DNA of 64,000 nucleotides from Candidatus Melainabacteria bacterium 17Bon1m (lineage in GTDB: Bacteria; Cyanobacteriota; Vampirovibrionia; Obscuribacterales; Obscuribacteraceae), in the NCBI GenBank assembly GCA_032128875.1, contig JAVLKG010000008.1, positions 128,001-192,000 on the forward strand, read 5' to 3'. The stretch's first letter is position 1. The number at the start of each line of letters is the position of its first letter. The notes under the pieces were generated by a model that saw only the letters and a list, made by a program, of their open reading frames with translations, searched no databases and had not been told where the DNA came from. The translations under genes and the position numbers were made by a program. Positions 28,913 through 39,060 of this stretch are shown here, piece after piece.

Positions 28913-29092
28913 CGACTGACGGCAGAGAACGACCAACTGGTCTGCAGTAACGTGCGGACTCGATTGCTCGCTCTCGAAAACGCGGAGCCGGGTGTTTCCA
29001 CTGCTGGAGGCATCCGGCTCTGCGCGCCGTCGCGGTCACTTTCTGTGTTCCGTTTCCCGCGTTGGCATGCGGTCCAAATCCGCAGCCAGCGT
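28913..29092 (+). ncRNA. Structured intergenic RNA element (candidate)
   Basis: Uninterrupted 20-bp stem at 28981-29024 with 4 G-U pairs, enclosed by GACGGC/GCCGTC; further hairpins nearby. Confidence 0.45.
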
Positions 29093-29117
29093 TAAACCTC
29101 AACCTGAGGGCCTCAAT

Positions 29118-29729
29118 ATGATCTGTTATTCGATCATCGCAAAGCGAGGAATCATCACGACCCACGCGTCGATGCATGGTCCCTACGCTGTGGAAGTCGT
29201 CTTCGACGCCTATCCAAAACCTCAGCTGGGCATCGTCGCCCAGCTCGATGAAGACACGTATTACGTTCAGGTCGGCGACAAGCGCGTGCCGGTTTCGGCT
29301 GCGCTGGTAACGTCCGATGCGGTCGAGGCTGCCGACGACCGCGGCTTGCTGATGCGCATCACGCGCGCGGCAGTGCACATCAATCGCTCCGGCGACATGG
29401 AGCTGATTCCGGCGGATCCCGACGACCACAACGTCCTCCTGCTGATCGACGTCAGCAGCGGACAGTACGGCGCCGTCGCCTTCGACGTGCCCAACGGCTT
29501 CGCAGTCGTCGAGCGCGGACACCAGAACTACAAGACACTGCAAGGCGAAGAAGAGGTCATTCTCGTCTCGCTCAACCGCGGCGAAACTCTCACTGCCAAG
29601 CGCAGCGAGAAGAAGTACATCTGGTTCGGCAAGAGCGCCGTCGAAGAGACGCTCACCTTCTCGCTCGATCCCGATTTGCACTGCACTCGGCGACTGGCTT
29701 CCCAAGCTGGTTACGAGCGCGTGTTCTGA
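29118..29729 (+). CDS. Hypothetical beta-rich protein
   Basis: GAGG upstream; strongly biased codons. Confidence 0.75.
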   Translation: MICYSIIAKRGIITTHASMHGPYAVEVVFDAYPKPQLGIVAQLDEDTYYVQVGDKRVPVSAALVTSDAVEAADDRGLLMRITRAAVHINRSGDMELIPADPDDHNVLLLIDVSSGQYGAVAFDVPNGFAVVERGHQNYKTLQGEEEVILVSLNRGETLTAKRSEKKYIWFGKSAVEETLTFSLDPDLHCTRRLASQAGYERVF

Positions 29730-29960
29730 GTGGGCTGACTGAGAAGGAACGGAATTTGCCAGAGCGTCAACAAAAAAGCAGTGAGCGAAGCGCGGACAGT
29801 GAGGACTTCAACAAACGTTGGATAACCTCGCTGTCCGCCATTCCTCCTTCTTTCAAGACCGCGATTTCCGCCGGTCTTGTTTTTCTACACATTTCTACTC
29901 ACCAATATAGTACAAATTCTTCGAGCGAGCAAAACCGTGATGAACAGCCCAAATGCATGC

Positions 29961-30671
29961 CTACTTCTTCGGCGGCCAGTCTTTGTTCCACAAGATTGTT
30001 TTGGCAGCGAACTGAACAGTCTGTAAATTAGTTCTGAAATCGGGCTCTTGTGCAATAAACTCAATGCAAGCCGGCAGAGGTTCTCTAACTTTCGGATCAA
30101 TCGAGTCTGAGTTGTCGTAAATAAGTGCCCACCCTTTGAGCTCCTTCACATCAGTGTTGTCGAACGCAACTTCCTCTTTTGCATCTGCAATATATTCGCA
30201 CTCAATTACTTTGCGACCGTTCCAATCAATCAACTTTGCTGACGTAAGTGAAAGAACTCCGCTGTGGAGTGCCTGTGATATTAAAGCCTTAAGCACGGTA
30301 TCATCAAGGTTTGGCAAAGAACCTTTCTGATACAACACGCTCCTCATCAGCCTTCCCTCTTCAGGAATGCCTCTTCCTCCGGAACAATAGAAGCGCAGGA
30401 GCACTTTAGCATTGTCTTTCGGCGTATACAGATGCCCATGCTGCCCGGGCACAGCACCCAAGGCCTTCTGGCTTTCCTCCCAGCCACGGGGCAAGCTAAA
30501 CGAGATGACTGCGGGTATGGGATGCGGAATTTTCTGACACCAAATACGTTCATCCACAATCTTCACCTTGCTCTTTCCACTTGCGGCAATAAACTTTTCT
30601 GCTTGTTTGTAGACGCGCCTGTGAACAGTCTTCTGTTCAACGAGGTGGGCATCAGGATTATCAAAATTCAT
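29961..30671 (-). CDS. Hypothetical protein, possibly PsbP/DcrB-like; partner of the upstream gene
   Basis: SFSLPRGW...WNGRKVI...IEFIA...KTILW pattern; starts 16 nt after the upstream stop. Confidence 0.7.
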   Translation of the reverse strand: MNFDNPDAHLVEQKTVHRRVYKQAEKFIAASGKSKVKIVDERIWCQKIPHPIPAVISFSLPRGWEESQKALGAVPGQHGHLYTPKDNAKVLLRFYCSGGRGIPEEGRLMRSVLYQKGSLPNLDDTVLKALISQALHSGVLSLTSAKLIDWNGRKVIECEYIADAKEEVAFDNTDVKELKGWALIYDNSDSIDPKVREPLPACIEFIAQEPDFRTNLQTVQFAAKTILWNKDWPPKK

Positions 30672-30687
30672 CGGTTATTTCCGTTTG

Positions 30688-32736
30688 CTACTTGTGATAC
30701 TTGTTGCAAAAATTGCGCATCCACTTTAGAAACTTGCTCGCATCCTTATCATCGGAATGATTCTGATACCACAGTTTGGCATAAGTATCATTTGGATGCG
30801 AATTCACCCAGTCTTTCATTGCAGTCTGAGGATGAGCCACTGAGTCCGCTGCTAGTTTGCCGAACCAATCGTTTTTGGCAAACGCGAAACCATTAGGCAA
30901 ATCAATCCATTTTTGAACGTTCGATATATCAGTCAAATAACTCGCATTTTGCTTTGTCCGAACGGAAGCAGCATTTGAAGCCAAGACTTCAACTGAAACA
31001 TTTTCCATATCTGATTTCTTAGACCAAGTGTTGTCCAATGAGCAGTGCGAGCCATCCTCGCTAATCGTTGGCAAATTAACGAAGTGAAAGCCGTGTCCCC
31101 AATCCTTTCTGCCATACGTGTTAAGCCACGATGTACACAACGGTTCCATGTCCGATTTGCAGCTAATTATCGGCGGCCACTGCCCCATGTCCTTTACAGC
31201 CAAAAGTTTGGCAGAGAGTTCGCTTCCGTTCCGAACTTTCACAAATGCAGTATTGGTTTCCTCAATCTCAATGGCAGCGTCATACTTGCGATCATAATTT
31301 CCATTGCTGGGAGTAAGCGGCCATCCTATTACTACAAAGCCTGCTTCTCTGACTCCGACAATTTTTGCGTTTATATCTCCAAGATGTTCAGCTTTCAGTT
31401 CGGGCAAATCTTCGCCTACCAATTCTGTTCTTTTTAACTCACCGGGATACTTGATGAAACAACTCTTCCCATAACCCTCGGTGTAGCTCGCACCCGGACT
31501 TGCATATTGCAAGCCTATGTTGACCGCAGCAACATCGAAAAGCTTTGATGCATAACCACGCAGAGCGCTGTTATCGCCTTTATAAGGCGGATGCTTGGCT
31601 GCCTCATCATCCGGCAAAAGCGTTGCTCCGCGCGGATTGGTCAACGCGGACAAATCTAGATTGCCATTTCGTCCCGGACAGATTCCGGTCTGAAAAACAC
31701 CTGCCACCAACTTTGATACCGCTGCAGGATCACGCCAATATTCCCGAACTTGCAATGCCTCTACCTGACACGTGATGCGATAACCTTGATCCACAGAGGT
31801 TGGCTCTGCACAATGATGCAATACTTCTTCTGCAAGACGTACGCGAAAAGAAGTATCTGACGGATTTAACTGTTTTCCCTTCAAAATAGAGTCTGGAAAA
31901 AGGGTTGACTCTTTCTCTAAGATTGCAGATACGTTGTTCATTGTTTCGGCTATCTCTTTCACGGCAGCATCAGGGTCTTTGGCTGTTCGTGTGAGATAGT
32001 TCTTCTCGAAGTTCGCCATATCTAGTTTGAAATGCGCCAGTTCATCAGGATTGGAAATCGTTCGTTCGGCACTCTCTGTCAATCGCTTCTTGGCCGCATC
32101 CAAATCGAGTTTGACACCATCACCAGCCCGCCCCAGGAGTTTTTCTGCAACATCAATCGACGCATCAATTGGGCGACTTTCAATCGCACTTTGAGGTAAC
32201 GGGGCTGGCATCTCGAATTTCTGCAAGGCTGGCGGAACCGGCGATGGGACAGACTTTAGGATCTCAGGGGCAATTGGAGATGGCGCTTGAAGAGGCGGAA
32301 GCGGTTTGTAGATTGGAGTCGGAACTGGAATGTTCGATTCAGAAGTCGACGCGGCTTGACCACCAGCGCTGGTAATTTCATGCGAAGTCGGCGCTTCCAT
32401 CAATCTATAATCAGGCCGGTCATTCTGAACCCGCGCTCGCTCATTCGGCGTCAACTTTGTGGTTTTATCGATTATCTGTTCTTGTCCGTCCTGGTACGCG
32501 ACCAATTGAATGCTCGTCTTAATGGGCGTGTCTGCAGCCTTCGGAAGATCGACATACTTCGATAGCGAACCGTCACTAGAATTTGTTCTGACACTCTCAA
32601 CTGACTGCATATCTTGCGCGCTCGCATTGCGCGAGGCTGCAACATCTGAACTTTCCAGATTAGCCTTTTCGCCAATTTTGCTGCCCTCGGCAACCTTATC
32701 GCTTCCGCCAGAGGGTTGGTCATTGCCACCAGTCAA
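30688..32736 (-). CDS. Large effector-like protein with a putative papain-fold Cys-His-Asn triad
   Basis: Disordered and Pro-rich N-terminus; VDQGYRITC, FHFVNL and LDNTWS. Confidence 0.7.
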   Translation of the reverse strand: MTGGNDQPSGGSDKVAEGSKIGEKANLESSDVAASRNASAQDMQSVESVRTNSSDGSLSKYVDLPKAADTPIKTSIQLVAYQDGQEQIIDKTTKLTPNERARVQNDRPDYRLMEAPTSHEITSAGGQAASTSESNIPVPTPIYKPLPPLQAPSPIAPEILKSVPSPVPPALQKFEMPAPLPQSAIESRPIDASIDVAEKLLGRAGDGVKLDLDAAKKRLTESAERTISNPDELAHFKLDMANFEKNYLTRTAKDPDAAVKEIAETMNNVSAILEKESTLFPDSILKGKQLNPSDTSFRVRLAEEVLHHCAEPTSVDQGYRITCQVEALQVREYWRDPAAVSKLVAGVFQTGICPGRNGNLDLSALTNPRGATLLPDDEAAKHPPYKGDNSALRGYASKLFDVAAVNIGLQYASPGASYTEGYGKSCFIKYPGELKRTELVGEDLPELKAEHLGDINAKIVGVREAGFVVIGWPLTPSNGNYDRKYDAAIEIEETNTAFVKVRNGSELSAKLLAVKDMGQWPPIISCKSDMEPLCTSWLNTYGRKDWGHGFHFVNLPTISEDGSHCSLDNTWSKKSDMENVSVEVLASNAASVRTKQNASYLTDISNVQKWIDLPNGFAFAKNDWFGKLAADSVAHPQTAMKDWVNSHPNDTYAKLWYQNHSDDKDASKFLKWMRNFCNKYHK

Positions 32737-32918
32737 ACTTCGTTCCTCTCAAAGCTTTCTATAAAGTAGAACTTGCCATAAATAAGCTACTTCAAACCAT
32801 GTTGAATTGCACACAAATAGCGGTTTTACTACATTGTTTAGTTGTACAACGACCAAGAAGAACAAACTGGAAGAAAGCAGATGATAGGCTTCCTTCCAAT
32901 TTGTTCTTTGTGTTTCAC

Positions 32919-33185
32919 TTATTTGAAGATGATGTCCATGAGCGCCTTGTGAGCCGCGAAGAACTCATCCTGAGCGTCAAGGTAGAGCTTGCGCGTTGAG
33001 CGGATAAGCTCTAGTGCTTCTGCCTTATCACGGCTGGACACGAAGCGCCTTGCGTTCAGTTCGAGCAGGTTGAGGCGGGCATAACGCATCGCATGCCACA
33101 TCCGGTTCATCGTGCGCTGCGCTGCGTAGAACCTCTTCAACGGGCTCAGCGGCTGCTTCTGCTGGACTGCCTCCATGTCGGACAT
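32919..33185 (-). CDS. Small helical hypothetical protein
   Basis: GAGG before the ATG at 33185; co-oriented with the HAD gene. Confidence 0.65.
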   Translation of the reverse strand: MSDMEAVQQKQPLSPLKRFYAAQRTMNRMWHAMRYARLNLLELNARRFVSSRDKAEALELIRSTRKLYLDAQDEFFAAHKALMDIIFK

Positions 33186-33296
33186 AGAGACCTCTGGGAA
33201 AAGGTGAATATGTGATTTCGAGACCACGCATGCTGAGGGACTTTCTCAGGTTTTTCCCTCAAGAGCGCACGCGCAGCGACGCTTCCATCCGCGCCG

Positions 33297-33324
33297 GCGG
33301 CTGTCCCCGAAGTGGGACAGCCGC
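33297..33324 (-). other. Perfect 11-bp intergenic hairpin with a UUCG-containing loop
   Basis: Minus strand GCGGCTGTCCC-ACTTCG-GGGACAGCCGC. Confidence 0.65.
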
Positions 33325-33346
33325 ATGTCGGAACATCAGAAACAGC

Positions 33347-33871
33347 TTACTGCGCCGCGAGCTTGGCGCGCACGGTGTCCAGCAACCCGGTCAGGGGTTC
33401 GCTGTCCTCGCCGGTCTTGTACGGCGCACACTGGATGCAGTGCCGCTCGACCAGCGCCTTGTACTTCGCTTCGCCCAGGGACTTCTTGCTGATGCCGAGC
33501 ATGGACAGCTTCTCCTCGAAGGAGGTCGTGCCGCCCTGCAGGTCATCGACGAGCACCCACTTCTCCGGAACCTCGATTGCGTCGCGGTTGTCTGCGCCGA
33601 TGAGGTCGTCGTACTGACGCCTCAAGCCGCCGAAGTTGAGGATGAGATGCTGCATGCGACTGTGGCCACCTGTGAGGATGACGATGTCGCATTCCTCTGC
33701 GGCGAGTGCCTCAAGGAAAGCAGCAGCGCTGGGACGAGCCTTGACGTGGTACCACTGGCCATCCCGTTCGAAGGCGCGGAAGCCCTCGGGAGCTTCTTCG
33801 CCACGATTTGCATAGCGAACTGAAATGACTGTGTCATTGCAGTCCACGAAAACAGTTTTTGGCGATTTCAT
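33347..33871 (-). CDS. HAD-superfamily (NIF/FCP1-like) phosphatase with variant motif I
   Basis: VFVDCNDTV, KARPSAAAFL, ILTGG and VLVDD. Confidence 0.75.
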   Translation of the reverse strand: MKSPKTVFVDCNDTVISVRYANRGEEAPEGFRAFERDGQWYHVKARPSAAAFLEALAAEECDIVILTGGHSRMQHLILNFGGLRRQYDDLIGADNRDAIEVPEKWVLVDDLQGGTTSFEEKLSMLGISKKSLGEAKYKALVERHCIQCAPYKTGEDSEPLTGLLDTVRAKLAAQ

Positions 33872-34363
33872 CGGGAGTTTCCTCGACATTTTTGGTTGAA
33901 CTTTCCGCACTGCCAAACCGCTTTGCGCAAGACCTGACCGCGTCTGCTTCCGACCAGCCAAAGGCGGGTAGGAAGTAGTTGGAAACGCGGTACTGGATAC
34001 GCTTAGTGGTTTTTGATTCAGAGCGAAAAGAGAAATTGAAAGATGTCTTTAGCCTGTCAAAACTAGTAGGCAATTGCCTATATCAACTTCTTTAATTTCC
34101 TCTTTGCAACCAAAGCTTTTGCCAGCCTGTTGGAGTTTTCACAATCATGCAGAGCTCGCATGAAGGTAGACTGATTTAAGCGAGCTCGCGCGAAGTTTTC
34201 AAAACAATGTGGAACGGCCGCTTGATCTGGACGCGATTGCGAAAGCAAACCAGAACGGCGAAAAGAGTTTCCAAAAAGCCGCAAGTGGCGAATGGCCAAA
34301 GCCAGTCACCACCTGCGGTGTCTCTCGTCGAGTAAACCAGTTGTATTTCGTTCGGAAGCCGGA

Positions 34364-34461
34364 AACAATGCCGGCTGGACGCCGGCGCTCCGGACGTTTG
34401 CTAACAATGCCGGCGAGCCGCCGGCGCTCCCAGAGCGGGCGACGCATGGCGTCGCCCCTAC
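34364..34461. repeat. Mixed REP cluster
   Basis: Two copies of AACAATGCCGGC-N5-GCCGGCGCTCC (34364-34391, 34403-34430) then GGGCGACGCATGGCGTCGCCCCTAC. Confidence 0.75.
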
Positions 34462-34471
34462 AATCAAAAGA

Positions 34472-35464
34472 CTATGCAGAGCGCTTGGAGCCTGCAGATG
34501 CGAGTTCAATGGTCTGACAAACTTGCTTGCCGGTAGTCGCCTCCACGCGGCAGAGAGCGGGCGCTGGTTGTTCTTTCTTCTTGCCTGCTGTAATCAGCCA
34601 GACAGAAGCCAAAATAATTATCCCAGCGGCAACTGTTTGCGCGTTGATTGTTTCTCCTGCAAAAGCCCAGCCCAAGAAGATCGCCACAATCGGATTGACG
34701 TAAGCGTAGGTTGAAACTTTCGATGGGCTCACATGATTAAGCAACCACAGGTAAGACGAGTAGCCGACTATCGAGCCGAACACGATCAGGTATGCAACTG
34801 CAAGTACAGAGTTCATCGATACGTGCAAGTTTGCAATCTGCGAATGTTCACCCATGATCAGTGAAACGAGCCCCAATACTGCGCCGCCGCAGATCATCTG
34901 CATAGCGATGCCGACCATGAGCGAACTTGGTTTTTCCACCTTGCGAGAATAGATAGTGCCCACAGACCAGCTCAAGGAGCCAAACATCACACAGGCAATC
35001 CCGAACCAATTGATGCCGTTTGGAACCAAAAGATTCTGCGGTCCGATCAATGTGATGATGCCGAGAGTGCCCAGGATAAGCCCGCACACTTTGGTTTTTT
35101 CAATCTTCTCTTTGCGATTTTGCAGCCATTCGAGAATAGCTACGTAGACAGGAACCATCGCAATCAAGAGAGAAATATAGCCTGTCGAAATAGATTTGGT
35201 CGCCAAAACAACGCTGCCATTGCTCGCGGCAAGCAGCAAGGTTCCAATTACAAAAGCGGATACCCAGTGTTTTCTATTAGGGCGTTCGTGTCCGAGCAGC
35301 ATTAGCACGGCGAAGAAGCCCAAGCCTGCTGTAAGGAAACGCGCAGATGCCATCATGAACGGTGGCATAGTATCGATGGCAATTTTAATAGCGAGGTATG
35401 TAGAACCCCAGATTAAATAGATGCCGATGAATGCTAGTACGATTTTCAGTTTTGAGACTGCCAT
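34472..35464 (-). CDS. EamA/DMT-family transporter (YedA-like)
   Basis: IYLIWGSTYLAIK, YLIVFGSIVGYSSY and YAYVNPIVA; 10 TM. Confidence 0.93.
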   Translation of the reverse strand: MAVSKLKIVLAFIGIYLIWGSTYLAIKIAIDTMPPFMMASARFLTAGLGFFAVLMLLGHERPNRKHWVSAFVIGTLLLAASNGSVVLATKSISTGYISLLIAMVPVYVAILEWLQNRKEKIEKTKVCGLILGTLGIITLIGPQNLLVPNGINWFGIACVMFGSLSWSVGTIYSRKVEKPSSLMVGIAMQMICGGAVLGLVSLIMGEHSQIANLHVSMNSVLAVAYLIVFGSIVGYSSYLWLLNHVSPSKVSTYAYVNPIVAIFLGWAFAGETINAQTVAAGIIILASVWLITAGKKKEQPAPALCRVEATTGKQVCQTIELASAGSKRSA

Positions 35465-35722
35465 GATGCGTCTCCTTTCTATGAGGTTGCCTTCCGTAGT
35501 GCCTGCGGTATTTTGCAATTTCCGCCAGTTGGCAGCACTCCGGTTCTTGCTCCTTAAATCCAGCCAATCTCTTAAGCGAATCCAGCCAATCGACTAACGG
35601 ACTTAGGCAACAACTCCAACTCGCCTCATCGTACAACAGCCCCTTCTGGAATTTACCTAACGTGGTAAAATATAAAGCAAATACGAACAGCGTTAGTTTT
35701 CAATACACCTTCGGTGACTTGC

Positions 35723-36244
35723 ATGGACGACATTGACCTAAAGCTATTAGCCTCACTCAAAGAAGACGCTAAAAGAAAGTACTCCGACCTGGCAGATCTA
35801 TTGAATCTGTCGGCGCCTTCTGTACACGCCCGTGTAAAGAAGCTGGAGCAGCTCGGCGTAATACAGTCTTATACGATTAAGCTCAATCCTAAGTTATTAG
35901 GAGCTAAGCTAACAGCATTCGTCCGAGTCACAACCGAAGGTGTGGCGTGCATGGATATTCCCGCGTCATTTGAACCTTTCGCAGAAGTAGAAGAGCTGCA
36001 CTCGGTGGCGGGCGAAGAAAGTCTTTTGCTCAAGGTGCGCACCCGAGACACCGAGTCGCTGGACGTTTTCCTCGATCAGATCCGCAAGATTCCAGGCGTT
36101 CGCAAGACCGTAACCAGCATCGTGCTTGGCACTCGCATCGATCGGGGCACCGATCCGACGGCGTTTAACCCTTCATCTAATGGGAGCAACGGCGGCAATG
36201 GCTCAAACGGCGGCAGCAACGGGCACGGCGGCGTCGGCAAATAG
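35723..36244 (+). CDS. Lrp/AsnC transcriptional regulator, divergent from the EamA gene
   Basis: MDDIDLKLL...LSAPSVHARVKKLEQLGVI HTH plus RAM domain; GSNGG tail. Confidence 0.93.
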   Translation: MDDIDLKLLASLKEDAKRKYSDLADLLNLSAPSVHARVKKLEQLGVIQSYTIKLNPKLLGAKLTAFVRVTTEGVACMDIPASFEPFAEVEELHSVAGEESLLLKVRTRDTESLDVFLDQIRKIPGVRKTVTSIVLGTRIDRGTDPTAFNPSSNGSNGGNGSNGGSNGHGGVGK

Positions 36245-36602
36245 CTTATAAAAGCTTTGCTCTAACGAATATGTATCAGACCGTAGCGGGTACAATTTAT
36301 GCATGGTAGCCCGATCCATGTTCTAGCTACCCCTTTTTGATCAGGCTCGTCGGCAAGACACTGTAAGGTTGGTTTGTCAAAAATGTCGTTTGCAAACAAC
36401 AAGCACCAAATGCAGTATCTATTTCCGCTTCAACCGGGAGCGCCGGCAACTCTTACAGTGCCAGCATTCCCTCAGGTTTCGCTAACCAGCCTGACCGACA
36501 GTATTTGCATTGACTTGTTCTCCCAGTTTACTCAGGATTCACCGGATACCTCCACCGTGGCGGCAAACTCATATAGCCCAAACCCGGCGGCGGAAGAGAA
36601 TT

Positions 36603-39026
36603 ATGAATGAGCGCTGGCGAATTCTCATACTCGAAGATAGCCCGGACGATGTAAATCGCATCACAGAAGAACTCAATCGCGCCGGCATAGATTTCATGGC
36701 GCGAGTCGCTTCGAGCCGGATGCAGTTCGAGCAAGTGCTGGAAGACTTCGTCCCTGACTTAGTTTTATCCAAGTTCACTCTGCCAGGTATCAATTGCTAT
36801 GACGCCTTGCATCACGTGCGCAAAATTCACAGCGCTCTGCCCTTCATTGTCGTTTCCGATCCTGTCGGCGAAGACGCAGCGACCGCAACAATCAGACAAG
36901 GCGCAAACGATTTCGTCTTAAAAGGAAGGCTGGCAGGTCTCTCACAGTCAGTGGAATCGGCATTGACTGCATTCGAAGACCAGCTCGAACGCGAGCAAGA
37001 CAACGCGCTTGCATACAGCCGTTTGCGCACAATGCAAAGGCCGCATACGCTGACGCGCGAAAAGCCCATGGTGGGCGAACATATTCGTGTTCTGGTTTTA
37101 GAAGATGAGCAAGTCGATTTAATCGCGCTGGAAAACGAACTCGACAAAATCGACGCGTCATCGACTTTGCTGGCAGTTAGCAATCGAAATGATTTCCTGC
37201 GGGCACTAATGGATTTTGAACCGCAAATAATTATTTCCGACTATGCACTGCCAGGATTCGACGGCATTTCCGCACTGGGTTTGAGAAACGAAATCTGTCC
37301 CGAAGTACCTTTTATTCTGACCTCCGGCATTCTGGATGAAGAAATCGGCATGGAAGCGCTAAAACACGGCGTTACCGATTACGTGCAAAAGGGTCCGCGC
37401 AGCCGTATTCACTTTGCAGTAGAGCGCGCACTTTCGGAAGCCGGCGCCCGAGCCGATAGAGCGTTAGCCGAAAGCAACTTAAAACGATCTGAATTGATGT
37501 TTCGCCAGTTGGCCGAAAACCTCGGCGCCGCGCTCTGGATCGCATCACAAGACTTGAGCAAATTGTTTTACGTCAATCGCGCCTACGAGCGCATTTGGGG
37601 ACAGTCCGCAGACACGCTATATAGAAAACCGCTGGCATTCCTGGACCCTATTCACCCTGATGACAAAGCGAAAGTGACCCGAGCGCTTTCTGCTGCAACA
37701 GGCGACAACATCGACGAGCACGTGCGCATCTTGCGCCCCGACGGTGACGTCACCTGGGTGTGGATACGGACATTTCCAATCTCTTCATCCGGGCATCAGC
37801 TCAATCGCACCTGCGGTTTGGCACAAGACATCACTGAGTGGAAACGCGCCCAGCTTGAGGCGAAAGAATCGCAAGAGAAAGAAAAGGCTTTGTTGGAACG
37901 CTTGCAATTGCAGATGGAACGCATGCCTTGTGCGTGCATTCTGCAAGACGCAGACTTCAACATCATCTACTGGAACCCGGTTGCAGCAAAGATCTTCGGC
38001 TACACTGCCGATGAAGCGGTGGGCAAACATCCCAGTGATTTGATCATCCCGCATGGACAGGTCGACTACGTCACCAACGAGATTTTCACCCGCCTGAGAG
38101 AAGGCGACATGACCGTCAACGGTGAAGCCGACAATCTCACCAAGGACGGACGAACCATTCGCTGCAACTGGCTCAACACGCCACTTTTGTCACCCGACGG
38201 CAGCTTCAGCGGCACTATGTCGATGGTTCAAGACATCACTGAAAAGGCGCGCGAAGAAGAGCAATTACGCGCATCAGAAGCGAATTACAGAGAAATCTTT
38301 GACGCGCTGAACGACTGCATCTTCGTACACGAACTGGAGACAGGCAGGATATTACACGTCAACAAACGAGCCGAAGACCTTTACGGTTACTCGCGCGAAG
38401 AGATGTGCAAACTCAATATAGGTGTCGTAAGCTTTGGCGAACCTCCCTACACGCAGGAAGGCGCCGAAGAAAAAATACGACTGGCAAGAGACGAAGGACC
38501 GCAAGTTTTTGAATGGCTCTCGCGAAGTCGTGACGGCAAGCTGATTTGGGTTGAAGTCCACCTGGCAAAAGTCAGCCTTGTTGGCGTCGACCGCATCCTT
38601 GCTATCGTGCGAAACATTGATAAACGCAAGCGCGAACAAATGTTGATCGAAGACAGCGAAAAGATAAAAACGCAAATGATCGAAAATGCGCAAAACGCAG
38701 TTTTCGCTTTTGACGATAAATTAGTGGTGAATTTGTGGAATCCGAAAGCAGTCGATCTGTTCGGAATTTCTCGCGAGAAGGCGATTGGAGCGAAGATTCC
38801 ATCGCTAATCGTAGCGCCGGAAAATCGTGCGGCATTTGAAGAATTGCTTTTGAAGTTTGTCAAAAACCAAGATCAAGCAACTCAAAACAAGTTGTCCAAG
38901 CTGACTGCGCAGAACAAGAAGAAAGAAGAGCTGCAATTGAAGATGCATATCTTCGCCGCGACATCGGGCGAAACCAGCGTCTATTGCGTCATCATCGCTA
39001 ACACTGCAGTTCTGCTGAACTGGTAA
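36603..39026 (+). CDS. REC-REC-PASx4 signalling protein without an output domain
   Basis: Two receiver domains (ILILED, VLVLED) and PAS/PAC motifs (YVNRAYERIWG, WNPVAAKIFGY, VNKRAEDLYGY, WNPKAVDLFG). Confidence 0.9.
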   Translation: MNERWRILILEDSPDDVNRITEELNRAGIDFMARVASSRMQFEQVLEDFVPDLVLSKFTLPGINCYDALHHVRKIHSALPFIVVSDPVGEDAATATIRQGANDFVLKGRLAGLSQSVESALTAFEDQLEREQDNALAYSRLRTMQRPHTLTREKPMVGEHIRVLVLEDEQVDLIALENELDKIDASSTLLAVSNRNDFLRALMDFEPQIIISDYALPGFDGISALGLRNEICPEVPFILTSGILDEEIGMEALKHGVTDYVQKGPRSRIHFAVERALSEAGARADRALAESNLKRSELMFRQLAENLGAALWIASQDLSKLFYVNRAYERIWGQSADTLYRKPLAFLDPIHPDDKAKVTRALSAATGDNIDEHVRILRPDGDVTWVWIRTFPISSSGHQLNRTCGLAQDITEWKRAQLEAKESQEKEKALLERLQLQMERMPCACILQDADFNIIYWNPVAAKIFGYTADEAVGKHPSDLIIPHGQVDYVTNEIFTRLREGDMTVNGEADNLTKDGRTIRCNWLNTPLLSPDGSFSGTMSMVQDITEKAREEEQLRASEANYREIFDALNDCIFVHELETGRILHVNKRAEDLYGYSREEMCKLNIGVVSFGEPPYTQEGAEEKIRLARDEGPQVFEWLSRSRDGKLIWVEVHLAKVSLVGVDRILAIVRNIDKRKREQMLIEDSEKIKTQMIENAQNAVFAFDDKLVVNLWNPKAVDLFGISREKAIGAKIPSLIVAPENRAAFEELLLKFVKNQDQATQNKLSKLTAQNKKKEELQLKMHIFAATSGETSVYCVIIANTAVLLNW

Positions 39027-39060
39027 CGGACAGAGCGCAATCGTTTACCAGCGTAGACAG

